The position numbers and the translations under genes are program-made. From Betaproteobacteria bacterium (GTDB lineage: Bacteria; Pseudomonadota; Gammaproteobacteria; Burkholderiales; WYBJ01): a DNA stretch of 64,000 nucleotides. This document shows, piece after piece, positions 9,704 to 18,974 of this stretch (the stretch's first letter is position 1; each line of letters begins with the position of its first letter). The stretch spans positions 14,480-78,479 of the forward strand of contig WHTS01000009.1 in assembly GCA_009377585.1 (NCBI GenBank), given 5' to 3'. The notes beneath the pieces were generated by a model. The model ran no database searches, was not told the origin of the DNA, and saw only the letters and a list, made by a program, of their open reading frames with translations.

Positions 9704-10312
9704 TCACGCGTAGAGCCATGGCCGCTCCATCCGGTACTCGGCCTCGAATGCTTCGAAAGCCGCCTTGTATTGCAGGGTGCGCGCGATGTCGTCCAGCCCT
9801 TCCAGCAGGGATTTCTTTCGCACGGCATGGATTTCGAAGCGGTGGACCTTTCCCTGCTGGTCGGTCACCGTCTGGGCGCCAAGATCGACGCTGATCGTCG
9901 CCCCCGGATGATCGCGCAGCTGCCGACGCATCGACTCGCACTCGGCTTCGCCGAGCACCACCGGCAGCAAGCCGTTCTTGTAGCAGTTGTTGAGATGGAT
10001 GTCCGCGAAGCTCGGTGCGATCACGCAGCGGATGCCGAACTCGTAGAGCGCGTAGACCGCGCTTTCCCGCGACGACCCGCTGCCCCAGTTGCGATCGGCC
10101 ACGATTATCTGCGCGCGATTGAACGGCTCGGCGTTCAGGATGTGCTCCTTCTCGCTGCCGTCGGCATTGAAGCGCCGGTCGTGAAAGAGAATGCTCGCAT
10201 ACGCCGGACCGCGCGGCACTTTATTGAATCGCGTCGGGCACAGCTGATTGGTATCGACGTTCGGTTCGTCGATCGGCACGGCAATGGCGGTAATGCTGGT
10301 GAAGGAATTCAT
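9704..10312 (-). CDS. Aconitase-family dehydratase small subunit (LeuD-like)
   Basis: MNSFTSITAIAVPIDEPNVDTNQLCP...NWGSGSSRESAVYAL is typical of LeuD. The ATG at 10312 was chosen over the track start. Confidence 0.85.
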   Translation of the reverse strand: MNSFTSITAIAVPIDEPNVDTNQLCPTRFNKVPRGPAYASILFHDRRFNADGSEKEHILNAEPFNRAQIIVADRNWGSGSSRESAVYALYEFGIRCVIAPSFADIHLNNCYKNGLLPVVLGEAECESMRRQLRDHPGATISVDLGAQTVTDQQGKVHRFEIHAVRKKSLLEGLDDIARTLQYKAAFEAFEAEYRMERPWLYA

Positions 10313-10398
10313 GCAAACGTCCTTTTCCGATCGGCGTCGAACATGTCGAGATCGACGACGATGCAAATCCGGCCGAGCTCAGCAGTGTACGTTTGCGG

Positions 10399-11829
10399 CT
10401 AAGCGTTCTTCAGCAGGTCGCGCACATCCGTCAAGCGCCCCTTGATCGCCGCGGCCGCGGCCATCGCGGGGCTGACCAGATGAGTGCGTCCGCCGGTGCC
10501 TTGCCGCCCCTTGAAGTTGCGGTTCGAGGTGGAAGCGCAACGTTCTCCGGGGCGCAATTGATCGCCGTTGATCGCGGTGCACAGCGAGCAGCCCGGCTCG
10601 CGCCATTCGAAGCCGGCGCTCTTGAAGACAGCATCTAGACCTTCCTGCTCCGCCTGACGCTTGACGAGCTGCGAGCCCGGCACCACCCACGCGGGCACGA
10701 CGGCATTGCCGAGGTTCGCCACTTCGGCCGCAGCTCGGATGTCCTCGATGCGGCTATTGGTGCACGAGCCGATGAACACTTTGTCCACCTGGATGTCGGA
10801 GAGCGCCATGCCGGGCGTCAGCCCTTGATACTCGATGGCCGACGCGACCTCCTGCGCCACGATTGCATCCGCGACATCGCGCGGATCGGGAACCACGCCG
10901 GTCACCGGCCCGCCCTGCGCGGGGTTGGTACCCCACGTCACCATCGGCGCAATCTCGGGCGCACTCAGCGCAACTTCGTGGTCGAAGCGTGCGCCTTCGT
11001 CGGAGGGCAGCGTCTTCCAGAGCGCCATCGCGGCCTCCCACTGCTGCCCTTTCGGCGCATAGGGGCGGCCATGCAAGTACGCGAAAGTCGTTTCGTCCGG
11101 CGCGACCATCCCGGCGCGCGCACCGGCCTCAATCGACATGTTGCAGATCGTCATGCGGCCTTCCATGCTCATGTTCCGGATGGTGCTGCCCGCATATTCG
11201 ACGATATGCCCGGTACCGCCGTCGACGCCGATCTTCGCGATGATGGCGAGAATGATGTCCTTGGGAGAGACCCCGAAGCCTACCTGGCCGTCGATCGTGA
11301 TGCGCATGGACTTCTGCCGTCGTTGCCAGATGGCCTGGGTCGCCATCACGTGCGTCATTTCCGAAGCGCCGATCCCGAACGCGATGCACCCGAACGCGCC
11401 ATGGGTCGCGGTGTGCGAGTCCGCCCCGCAGATCAGCAGGCCCGGCTGCGTGATGCCCTGCTCCGGCGGCACGATGTGCAGGATGCCCTGACGCGGATCG
11501 TCGATCCCGAAAAGGGTGATGCCGTGCCTGGCCGCGTTGGCCTGCAGCTGGAGCACCATGTTGCGGATGTCGAGGTTCGCGATGCCTTCGATCCCTTTGT
11601 CGCGCCCGGTGGTCGGCACGTAATGATCGGTGAAGGCGAACACCTGCCGCGGCCGCGCGATGGTGCGGCCTTCTTCCTTAAGCTTGTCGAACGCGTGCGA
11701 AGCCCCTTCGTGGATGAAGGCGCGATCGACGTGCAGCAGCAGTTCGCCGCCGTCTTCCGCCACGACGTGGCGGTTCCAGATCTTCTCGACGAGGGTCTGC
11801 GGTGCGGCGGACGAACCGTGCTGACTCAT
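10399..11829 (-). CDS. Aconitase-family dehydratase large subunit (LeuC-like)
   Basis: 476 aa with GADSHT, Fe-S Cys motifs GSCTNSRIED and CSLCTAING, and SNRNFKGRQG. The ATG at 11829 follows AAGGAGG. Confidence 0.9.
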   Translation of the reverse strand: MSQHGSSAAPQTLVEKIWNRHVVAEDGGELLLHVDRAFIHEGASHAFDKLKEEGRTIARPRQVFAFTDHYVPTTGRDKGIEGIANLDIRNMVLQLQANAARHGITLFGIDDPRQGILHIVPPEQGITQPGLLICGADSHTATHGAFGCIAFGIGASEMTHVMATQAIWQRRQKSMRITIDGQVGFGVSPKDIILAIIAKIGVDGGTGHIVEYAGSTIRNMSMEGRMTICNMSIEAGARAGMVAPDETTFAYLHGRPYAPKGQQWEAAMALWKTLPSDEGARFDHEVALSAPEIAPMVTWGTNPAQGGPVTGVVPDPRDVADAIVAQEVASAIEYQGLTPGMALSDIQVDKVFIGSCTNSRIEDIRAAAEVANLGNAVVPAWVVPGSQLVKRQAEQEGLDAVFKSAGFEWREPGCSLCTAINGDQLRPGERCASTSNRNFKGRQGTGGRTHLVSPAMAAAAAIKGRLTDVRDLLKNA

Positions 11830-11839
11830 GCCGCCTCCT

Positions 11840-12832
11840 TCAGTTGGCTGTGATCTTCGCGTCACGCACGACCTGGAGCCAGCGTTCACGCTCCTTCTGC
11901 ACGAAGCGCCCGAATTCGGCTGCCGTCGAACCTGCGGGCTCGGCGCCCTGCGCTTCCAGCACGCGCGTGACCTCCGGTGTTCGAACCTGGGCCGCGATCG
12001 TGCTGCTCAGCTTGTCGATGACCGCGTTCGGGGTGCCTGCGGGTGCGAACATGCCCTGCCACAGGCTGATGTCCACCGTGGGATAGCCGGCCTCGGCGAA
12101 GGTGGGGATGTCCGGTGCGGCCTTCATTCGCTTGTCGCCGGTCACCGCGAGTCCGTTCACCTTGCCGCTCTTGGTGTGCGGCAGCAGCGCCAACGCGTTG
12201 GTGAGGAACATCTGGACCTGTCCGCTCAGCAGGGCCACGGTACCCGGGCCGCTGCCCTTGTACGGCACGTGGACGACGTCGATGCCCGCCTCGCGCTTGA
12301 GCAGTTCCGTCGCCAGGTGCTGAATGCCCCCGATGCCGCCGGAAGCGTAGCTGAGCTTGCCCGGATGCGCCTTGGCGTGCGCCACGAACTCGCGCACGCT
12401 GCGCGCCGGAATCGAAGGATGCAGGCCCAGCATACTCGTCCCGTTCGCCATGAGGCTCACCGGCGCGAAATCCTTCACCGGATCGAAGCTCACCTTGCGT
12501 GCGAGATGGGCCGACATCATGTGTCCGACGTTGAAGACGATCACCGTATAGCCGTCGGGCGCCGACTTGGCCAGCATCTCCATCGCGATGAGGCCCGTGG
12601 CGCCGATCCGGTTGTCGACCACGACCGGCTGCCCCCACGCTTCGTTGAGCTTCTGGGCGACGAGCCGCGCCATGAAATCCGTGCCGCCGCCGGGCGCGAC
12701 GCCGACGAGGAACCGGATCGGCTTGGTCGGGTAGTCTTGAGCGAGCGCCGCGCCCGCGGTGCCGAGCGCGAGTGCGGACAGCAAGACGGTGCCGCGCGAG
12801 CGCCAGCGACTTCGATAGTTGTTCAACGTCAC
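11840..12832 (-). CDS. Bug family substrate-binding protein
   Basis: A GTG start at 12832 follows GGAGGAGGAG with ~5 nt spacing. Signal peptide, then QDYPTKPIRFLVGVAPGGGTD. Confidence 0.9.
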   Translation of the reverse strand: MTLNNYRSRWRSRGTVLLSALALGTAGAALAQDYPTKPIRFLVGVAPGGGTDFMARLVAQKLNEAWGQPVVVDNRIGATGLIAMEMLAKSAPDGYTVIVFNVGHMMSAHLARKVSFDPVKDFAPVSLMANGTSMLGLHPSIPARSVREFVAHAKAHPGKLSYASGGIGGIQHLATELLKREAGIDVVHVPYKGSGPGTVALLSGQVQMFLTNALALLPHTKSGKVNGLAVTGDKRMKAAPDIPTFAEAGYPTVDISLWQGMFAPAGTPNAVIDKLSSTIAAQVRTPEVTRVLEAQGAEPAGSTAAEFGRFVQKERERWLQVVRDAKITAN

Positions 12833-13109
12833 GAGTCTCCTCCTCCATCGTGATCCATGGATCATTCGCAAGAACGGATGACGGCCCATTTTGCGCTCGC
12901 TGCCCGTGGCACGCAAAGGCTACGAATGTACCCGTTCGAAACCCGTGAACGCGGGAGCCCAGGCGAGAGCACGTTGCGCATTCCCGCTCCTATCGAGCTT
13001 TCGGCAAACGTCGCCGTTACGTCATGCCGCCGTGGCCGGCGTAGCTGCGCTGACAGGACAGGATGCCATCCTCAAATAACAACGGGTCAGAAATTTCGGG
13101 GGCAGGTCA

Positions 13110-13380
13110 ATTCCCTGCTGCCGCCGATCGCCGATCCCGTGCAGGGTGCCCTGCCGATTATCATGGACAGCGGCATCCGTCGCGGCATGGACGTGGACGG
13201 CCGTGGCGCTTGGGCCGATCGGTCGCCATCAGGCGGCCCAAGTGGGCTGACGGTGGGCCGACCGGGCGGAATTCAGGGCGTAATCGAATACTTCAATCGG
13301 GAGATGGCGAACACGGTACTTCACGTGGGTGCAAACAGCATCTCGGCGCTCAACCGCACTCAGGTCCGGCCCCTCGCGGA
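13110..13380 (+). pseudogene. FMN-dependent alpha-hydroxy-acid dehydrogenase (LldD/glycolate-oxidase family) C-terminal relic with frameshifts
   Basis: LPPIADPVQGALPIIMDSGIRRGMDV and GVIEYFNREMANTVLHVGANSISAL match the C-terminal FMN-phosphate-binding region. The intervening AVALG..GR block is readable only in another frame. The N-terminal ~270 aa are missing. Confidence 0.5.
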
Positions 13381-13496
13381 GCTAAAGCGCGCAACGGTGC
13401 GTCCTGATCTCGTCCGGCCTGCTTTGCACTCCGTCACCGCGTGCAGGTTCACTTAAAGTGGGATCCTGCTCGAGTCCATGGAGCGCGACTCGCTAG

Positions 13497-14537
13497 TTAG
13501 TCGAGACGTACGCCTGTTGCCTTCACCACCTTGGCCCACTTCGCTACTTCGGCGGCGAGGAAAGCCTCGAACGCCGTGGGCGATCCCGTCTGGACCTCCA
13601 TGCCGACAGCGAGCAGCTTCGTTCGCACCTCGGGCAGCGTGAGCGTGCGCGTGATCTCACCGTTGAGCTTGCTGACGATCGCAGAAGGCGTCCCCGCCGG
13701 CGCCACAATCCCATACCAGTTGGTCGACACGTAGCCCGGAATGCCGGCTTCAGCGATCGCGGGAACCTGCGGCGCGGCCGGAGAACGTTTGACCCCGCTG
13801 ACGCCGAGTGCGCGTACGCGCCCGGCTTGCACGTGCGGCAATGCAGCCGGAATGGTCGGCAGGCTTACCTGGATTTGACCGCCCAGGAGATCATTGATGG
13901 CAGGCGCCATGCCTTTGTAAGGAACGTGCGTGAGCGATGTCCCTGTCATCATCTTGAACAGCTCCACCGAAAGATGGCTGGGGACGCCGTTGCCCGCCGA
14001 ACCATAGTTGAGCTGACCGGGATGGGCATGCGCGTACGCGATCAGCTCCTTCACCGATCGCACCGGCAGCGCGTCGTTCACGATCAGTAGCCCCGGTCCG
14101 GAGGTGAGCGGCGCGACCGCCGTGAAGTCGCGGAGCGGATCGAAGGGCACCTTTGCATACAGACTCGGCGCCGTCGCAAACCCCGACGAGATCATCACCA
14201 GCGTGTAGCCGTCGGGCTGCGCTTTAGCGGCCAGAGCCGTTCCGATGATCCCGCTCGCCCCAGCACGGTTGTCGATCACGAGCGACTGGCCCCAGACCTC
14301 GCTTAGACGCGGCCCGAGCAGGCGCGCCTGGATGTCACGAGGTCCACCGGGCGGGTACGGGATGATGAGACGAGTCGGCCGCGCCGGATAGTTCTGCGTC
14401 TGGGTCGGCGTAGCCGCGCAGGTGATATGGCTCATGCTCGCCAGCAAGCCAGCCGTGCTCACGAAAAGCACGCTCGCATTGGCAAGCGCCGCTCCCGCGG
14501 AAGCGAAGCGTCGGAACGCGCACATCGATGTGCCCAT
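13497..14537 (-). CDS. Bug family substrate-binding protein
   Basis: 346 aa. NYPARPTRLIIPYPPGGPRD...KWAKVVKATGVRLD. Starts 2 nt after the stop of the upstream hydrolase. Confidence 0.9.
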   Translation of the reverse strand: MGTSMCAFRRFASAGAALANASVLFVSTAGLLASMSHITCAATPTQTQNYPARPTRLIIPYPPGGPRDIQARLLGPRLSEVWGQSLVIDNRAGASGIIGTALAAKAQPDGYTLVMISSGFATAPSLYAKVPFDPLRDFTAVAPLTSGPGLLIVNDALPVRSVKELIAYAHAHPGQLNYGSAGNGVPSHLSVELFKMMTGTSLTHVPYKGMAPAINDLLGGQIQVSLPTIPAALPHVQAGRVRALGVSGVKRSPAAPQVPAIAEAGIPGYVSTNWYGIVAPAGTPSAIVSKLNGEITRTLTLPEVRTKLLAVGMEVQTGSPTAFEAFLAAEVAKWAKVVKATGVRLD

Positions 14538-14539
14538 GA

Positions 14540-15385
14540 TTACGCCTCGTGGCAGGCAAATCCGTCGTGCGCCGCCGCGAAGTGCAGCAGGTGTGTGGCG
14601 CAGGTCCGTGGGAACATGAGTTGGATCTTATGGAATTCGGACCTGAGGTGAATCAACGTGAGGCGGCGGATATGCGTGCGCAACATGGCTTGCTGCTCCT
14701 CGGTAGTGATGGGTCCGGCGGACGGATAAAGCCCTAAAACGGGCGCCTCGATGCGCGCAAGGTACGGCAACACACTCGCGGCGTGCATCACACGGCTCAT
14801 CGCCCGCTGCACTTCCGGATCGTTGCGGGCGAATTCCTGCTCGTACCATTCAAGCAACTGCGGATCTGCGTCGGGCGGAAAGCGCGTGGTGCGATTCGTC
14901 GCGGCAACCCAGGCCTTCATGCCGATGGCCTTCTGCGCCTCGGATTCGGACCCATGGCCGAGCGCATACGTGTTTCTGGTATTTTCGTTCAGATGCACTG
15001 GCGTGGAAACCAGCGTCAGCGTTCGAATCTGGCTCGCATGAGTCCCAGCCAAAACCATGCCCAGGATGCCGCCCATCGATTCGCCACAGTAGTGAACCGA
15101 TTCGGCTCCGAGATGATCGATGATCGCGACCAGATCCGAAATGCAATTCTCCAGGGTGAACTCGCGCTCTAGATCGAACCCGGCACTTGACTGGCCGAGT
15201 CCGCGCACGTCCGGACGCACGATCTTGAACCAGCGCGCAAGATAGGGCACCCAGCTGTACCAGAAGCGGCCACTGCGTCCGAAGCCGTGCTGAAGGAAAA
15301 GGTAAGGTGCGTTGCGCCAAGGATCGGTGAAGTCGTCCAGCGCGTAGTGGATGTCCGGCTGACCTGGGCGATGAACGAAGGGCAT
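14540..15385 (-). CDS. Alpha/beta hydrolase (copy 1 of a duplicated module)
   Basis: MPFVHRPGQPDIHYALDDFTDPW...HGFGRS...GESMGG nucleophile elbow. About 60% identical by eye to 16647-17492. Confidence 0.8.
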   Translation of the reverse strand: MPFVHRPGQPDIHYALDDFTDPWRNAPYLFLQHGFGRSGRFWYSWVPYLARWFKIVRPDVRGLGQSSAGFDLEREFTLENCISDLVAIIDHLGAESVHYCGESMGGILGMVLAGTHASQIRTLTLVSTPVHLNENTRNTYALGHGSESEAQKAIGMKAWVAATNRTTRFPPDADPQLLEWYEQEFARNDPEVQRAMSRVMHAASVLPYLARIEAPVLGLYPSAGPITTEEQQAMLRTHIRRLTLIHLRSEFHKIQLMFPRTCATHLLHFAAAHDGFACHEA

Positions 15386-15402
15386 GAGGGCAATTCCTTG
15401 GG

Positions 15403-16647
15403 TTAAGGCCTTACGCGCTCGAGGCAAGCGCTTCGATAATGCCAGGCATCTAACAAGGTCATGGGCTGCGCGTCCTCGGAATATTTCGATCTTAAGCTAT
15501 CCAATTGGCGATCGCCTTCTTCGTACACGCGTGAATCCTGCTTTGCGGCGAGCCGGCCCATGCGGTGGCGCCGAGGTGTGCTGTCCCGTGAATCCGGCTC
15601 ATGAGTCCCATGACGAGCCGCTCCATGCGGCTCTGGAGCCAAGGCTTTTGGTGCATCGCGTTGCGCACGGCCCTGCTGCAGCGCGATGCCAGTCGCCTTG
15701 ACGACCTCTTCCCACTTGACCATCTCGCTGCTGATAAAGGTCGCGAACTGTTCCGGTGTGCTGCCGGCGAGGTCGAGGCCTTGAGCGGTCAGCGTCGCGT
15801 TGACTTCCGCGGATTCGAGCGCTCTGCCAATCTCGCTGCTCAATCGATGCACGACGCGCTTTGGAGTTCCGGCGGGCGCGAGCACGCCGTACCAGGTGGT
15901 TGCTTCATACCCGGGAACACCGGACTCCGCGACCGTCGGCAGATCGGGCAGGCCCGGCGAGCGTGCGGCCGCTGTCACGGCGATTCCGCGCAGCCGGCCG
16001 GATCTTATGTGCGGCAGCGTCGAGAGCGCGGAGTTGAATCCGACAAACAAGCGCCCACCCAGCAAATCGTTCAATCCGGGTCCGGACCCCTTATATGGAA
16101 CGGACACGAGCTTCACGCCGGCGAGCAGATTGAAGAGCTCGCCGGCGAGGTGCGAGATATTTCCGACGCCGGACACCGGGTAAAACAACTGTCCGGGCTT
16201 TGCCTTGGCGATCGCTATGAGGTCCCTTACCGACTTCACCGGCAGCGAAGGATGGACGACTACGATGAGCGGCGACGACGCAACGAGCGCAACGGGTGCA
16301 AAAGCACGCGCGGAGTCATACGGCAGCTTGGGGTACAGCGCTGCATTCAGTGCCAGCGAACTGCTGGTCATGATCAGCGAGTAACCATCGGGCGAGGACT
16401 TCGCGAGGTACTCCATACCGATGATCGTGTTCGCTCCGGGTCTGTTCTCCACCACGACGCCCTGGCCGAGGTTGCGGGCCATCGCTTGCGCGAGCGCGCG
16501 CGAGATCGTGTCGTTGCCGCCGCCGGCGGCGAACGGCGATATGAGACGGATCGGCTGTGAAGGAAAACTGTCCGTTGCGGCAGCGCCATTCGCCAACGCG
16601 ATGGCGGCACTCAGCAGAACGACAAGCATTGTGCTCGTTCGAAACAT
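15403..16647 (-). CDS. Bug family substrate-binding protein with an atypical ~95-aa C-terminal extension (probable stop-codon loss)
   Basis: The ATG at 16647 shares one base with the hydrolase stop (TGATG). Signal peptide, then FPSQPIRLISPFAAGGGND. The family normally ends about where this reads ...KWEEVVKATGIALQ, but the ORF reads on to 15403. Confidence 0.8.
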   Translation of the reverse strand: MFRTSTMLVVLLSAAIALANGAAATDSFPSQPIRLISPFAAGGGNDTISRALAQAMARNLGQGVVVENRPGANTIIGMEYLAKSSPDGYSLIMTSSSLALNAALYPKLPYDSARAFAPVALVASSPLIVVVHPSLPVKSVRDLIAIAKAKPGQLFYPVSGVGNISHLAGELFNLLAGVKLVSVPYKGSGPGLNDLLGGRLFVGFNSALSTLPHIRSGRLRGIAVTAAARSPGLPDLPTVAESGVPGYEATTWYGVLAPAGTPKRVVHRLSSEIGRALESAEVNATLTAQGLDLAGSTPEQFATFISSEMVKWEEVVKATGIALQQGRAQRDAPKALAPEPHGAARHGTHEPDSRDSTPRRHRMGRLAAKQDSRVYEEGDRQLDSLRSKYSEDAQPMTLLDAWHYRSACLERVRP

Positions 16648-17492
16648 CACGGCTCCCAACACGCGATTCCGTCGTGCTCGGCGACGAAGTGCAGAAGGTG
16701 CATCGCGCAAGCGGCAGGTTGCGTAAGATGAAGGTTGTGATATTCGGAGGGAAGATGGGCAAGGCGAAGATTGCGCACGTGCCTGCGAAGCAGATCCTCC
16801 TGGTCGGGCGTCGTGATCGGTCCCTTCGAGGGGTAGATCGTCAGCACCGGCGCCTCGATCCGTGGGAGATACGGCGTCGTGTCGATGGTCCGGGCCAGGC
16901 GCTGCACAGCCACCAGCGACTCGATGCGTGAACTGCCCTGCTGCTGCACGAACCACTTCATCAGCCCCGGGTCGGTGCCCGGGCCAAAGCGATCGCTGGT
17001 GTTCTTCGCTTCCGAGTAGCCGCGCGCCCCGAGCTTCACGAGCGCGTCTTCCCAGGACTCCTGCCCGAAGCGGTACCGCTCCTGGGAAGCCTGGTTGAGC
17101 TTCACCCGGGACGAGATGAGCGTGAGGGTGCGCACGCGCTTCGGCCGCTCTGCCGCGATCACCATGCCGAGAATTCCGCCGAGCGATTCGCCGCAGTAAT
17201 GTACCGATTCGACGCCTACGGCATCGAGCACAGCCTCAAAGTCGCGAACCGCAGTTTCAATCGTAAACTCGTCCGGCGGGTCGGTGCTGGGAGCTGACTG
17301 ACCGAATCCGCGCAAGTCGGGGCGGATGACCCTGTAAAAGCGCGCCAGGTAGGGCACGCATCGATACCAGAACTTCGACGAGCGCCCGAATCCATGCTGG
17401 AGCAGGATGTAAGGCGCATTCGCCCACGGGTCCGTGTAGTCGTCGATCTCGTAATGGAGGTCCGGCTCCTTGTCGCGACGCACGAATGGCAT
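16647..17492 (-). CDS. Alpha/beta hydrolase (copy 2)
   Basis: MPFVRRDKEPDLHYEIDDYTDPW...GESLGG. Paralogue of 14540-15385. Confidence 0.8.
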   Translation of the reverse strand: MPFVRRDKEPDLHYEIDDYTDPWANAPYILLQHGFGRSSKFWYRCVPYLARFYRVIRPDLRGFGQSAPSTDPPDEFTIETAVRDFEAVLDAVGVESVHYCGESLGGILGMVIAAERPKRVRTLTLISSRVKLNQASQERYRFGQESWEDALVKLGARGYSEAKNTSDRFGPGTDPGLMKWFVQQQGSSRIESLVAVQRLARTIDTTPYLPRIEAPVLTIYPSKGPITTPDQEDLLRRHVRNLRLAHLPSEYHNLHLTQPAACAMHLLHFVAEHDGIACWEP

Positions 17493-17595
17493 AGTGGTCC
17501 TCGTGATCCGACTACCCGTCGCCCCGATAGCGCCCGGGCTGCGGTCATGATATGGCCTGGCACGGGCGGCACGCATGTATGGCTGGTATCAGCCG

Positions 17596-17808
17596 CTATT
17601 TCGCGAGCCCCAGATCGGTGAGCAGCGCGCGCAGCGTCGCTTGCTCCTTCTCGAGGAAAGCTTCGGAATCGTGACTGTCGAGATAGAACTCGCTCCAGAA
17701 ATTCTTCTCCATGTCGCGCTTCCATTCATCGGTGGCGATGAGCTGCGTGGAATTCGCGCTGTTCTTCGTGGACTTCTGGTTCCAGCTCGCACGCTGGATC
17801 GACAGCAC
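17596..17808 (-). pseudogene. Possible C-terminal relic of a TctC-type receptor in lower-GC DNA
   Basis: ...TDEWKRDMEKNFWSEFYLDSHDSEAFLEKEQATLRALLTDLGLAK resembles, from memory, the C-terminus of the TctC sensu stricto subgroup. No N-terminal part is present. Confidence 0.4.
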
Positions 17809-18028
17809 GATTCTCGATGCGCTCTACGCTTGAGTTTCAGCTGGAATCGCCCGCACAGCAACTTAGCAGTGCGTTGAAAAGTACTGTTGGATGAGCACTG
17901 AAGTGGCCATATGACGCTTCGCGATAACACGAATCGGCGTGTCCAACGCTTCAGTCTGCCGTTTTGGCAGTCCTCGAAACGGTGGTTCGGCGTTGCTGGG
18001 CATACATCGGGCGCACCTGCCGTGTGGT

Positions 18029-18426
18029 TCATCCGGAGGAAGCCATCAGTTTGGGCAGTCGACGCAAGTTGACCACTGTCATGGCCAAGGCAAATACTTG
18101 CTGCGCCCGATCCAGCCCGCGCTGCTTCACCTGGCGCAGCGTCCCCGTGTTGCTTAGCATCCCGAAGATCGTCTCGATGAGCTTGCGCACCACCTGGCTG
18201 ATCTCGTAGCCGGGGTGGCGCGTGGTGCGCTGATCAATGGCACTGGCGCGGCGGGTGGTGTTTTGAGCAACGTGCGGGGTGATGCCCAGCTCACGGCAGG
18301 CTTCGATGAAGTCGGCGCTGTCGTAGGCCTTGTCCGCACCAACGGTCTTGCGGTGCCGCTGGCTTGGGTGAGCCTATGGTCGACCACCAGGGCGTTGCTG
18401 CGGGCCGAGAGCAGGTGCATGGCCAT
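18029..18426 (-). mobile_element. IS5/IS1182-type DDE transposase relic (C-terminal ~130 aa, internal deletion/frameshift, 5' truncated)
   Basis: The minus-strand translation gives ...LLSARSNALVVDHRLTQASG. After a frame change it gives HRKTVGADKAYDSADFIEACRELGITPHVAQNTTRRASAIDQRTTRHPGYEISQVVRKLIETIFGMLSNTGTLRQVKQRGLDRAQQVFALAMTVVNLRRLPKL, with the stop at 18029-18031. Confidence 0.7.
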
Positions 18427-18428
18427 CT

Positions 18429-18474
18429 GTGTATATCACCTTTCTTGAAGGCCGATATACACCAAAATATACAC
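18429..18474. repeat. Three copies of ATATACAC (one inverted): GTGTATATC-N16-GATATACAC-caaa-ATATACAC
   Basis: Read directly. It lies exactly at the point where the transposase reading frame is truncated. Confidence 0.5.
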
Positions 18475-18974
18475 AAATGCGGCAGATTGGGCTAGCTGCT
18501 GTCAGAACACGAAAGAACAATAACTGTTTACCGTCAATGAACTACACAACCACCGTGGAACACGGTGGAGTTCGATGGACGCTAATCGTAGTTGTCGAGC
18601 ATCAGCAGCATGTCGTCGTCACCCGTTTGCCCATACCACACTCTGACTGCGAACAAGCGCCATGGTGCCCGCGCATATGCCCGGCCAAGGAGGTCAATTA
18701 TCCAGACAACCTGCGCGCAATCCAAGTTGCCCGCGGCAAGCCGGGCGGCCGCCGCCCCTATCGAAGACTCGTGACAGACTCATGCGGCGCGATGGGGGGC
18801 AAACATTGAAACGCTTCAGCACAATCCCGAGCAGTAGAACAGAGACGAGACAGCAGTTCCGACCACCTGTGATAGCATTTGCCCGGCTTTCCGTCATCGC
18901 CCCCGGCACGAGTTTCGGCTCGCCAACCCGAAGGGAAACAAAGGTCGCCGCGCGCAAACCTTGCACTGAAGACA

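Noticed and set aside
9704-11829. Calling these genes leuD/leuC of leucine biosynthesis
   Set aside because: There is no adjacent leuB. They form an operon with a Bug receptor inside an accessory, relic-rich region. They are therefore called only as LeuCD-like dehydratase subunits, without gene symbols.
15403-16956. N-terminal 103-codon extension of the Bug gene (track ORF 517 aa)
   Set aside because: The extension overlaps the 3' end of the alpha/beta hydrolase gene. A signal peptide begins right at the internal ATG 16647, which is coupled to the hydrolase stop.
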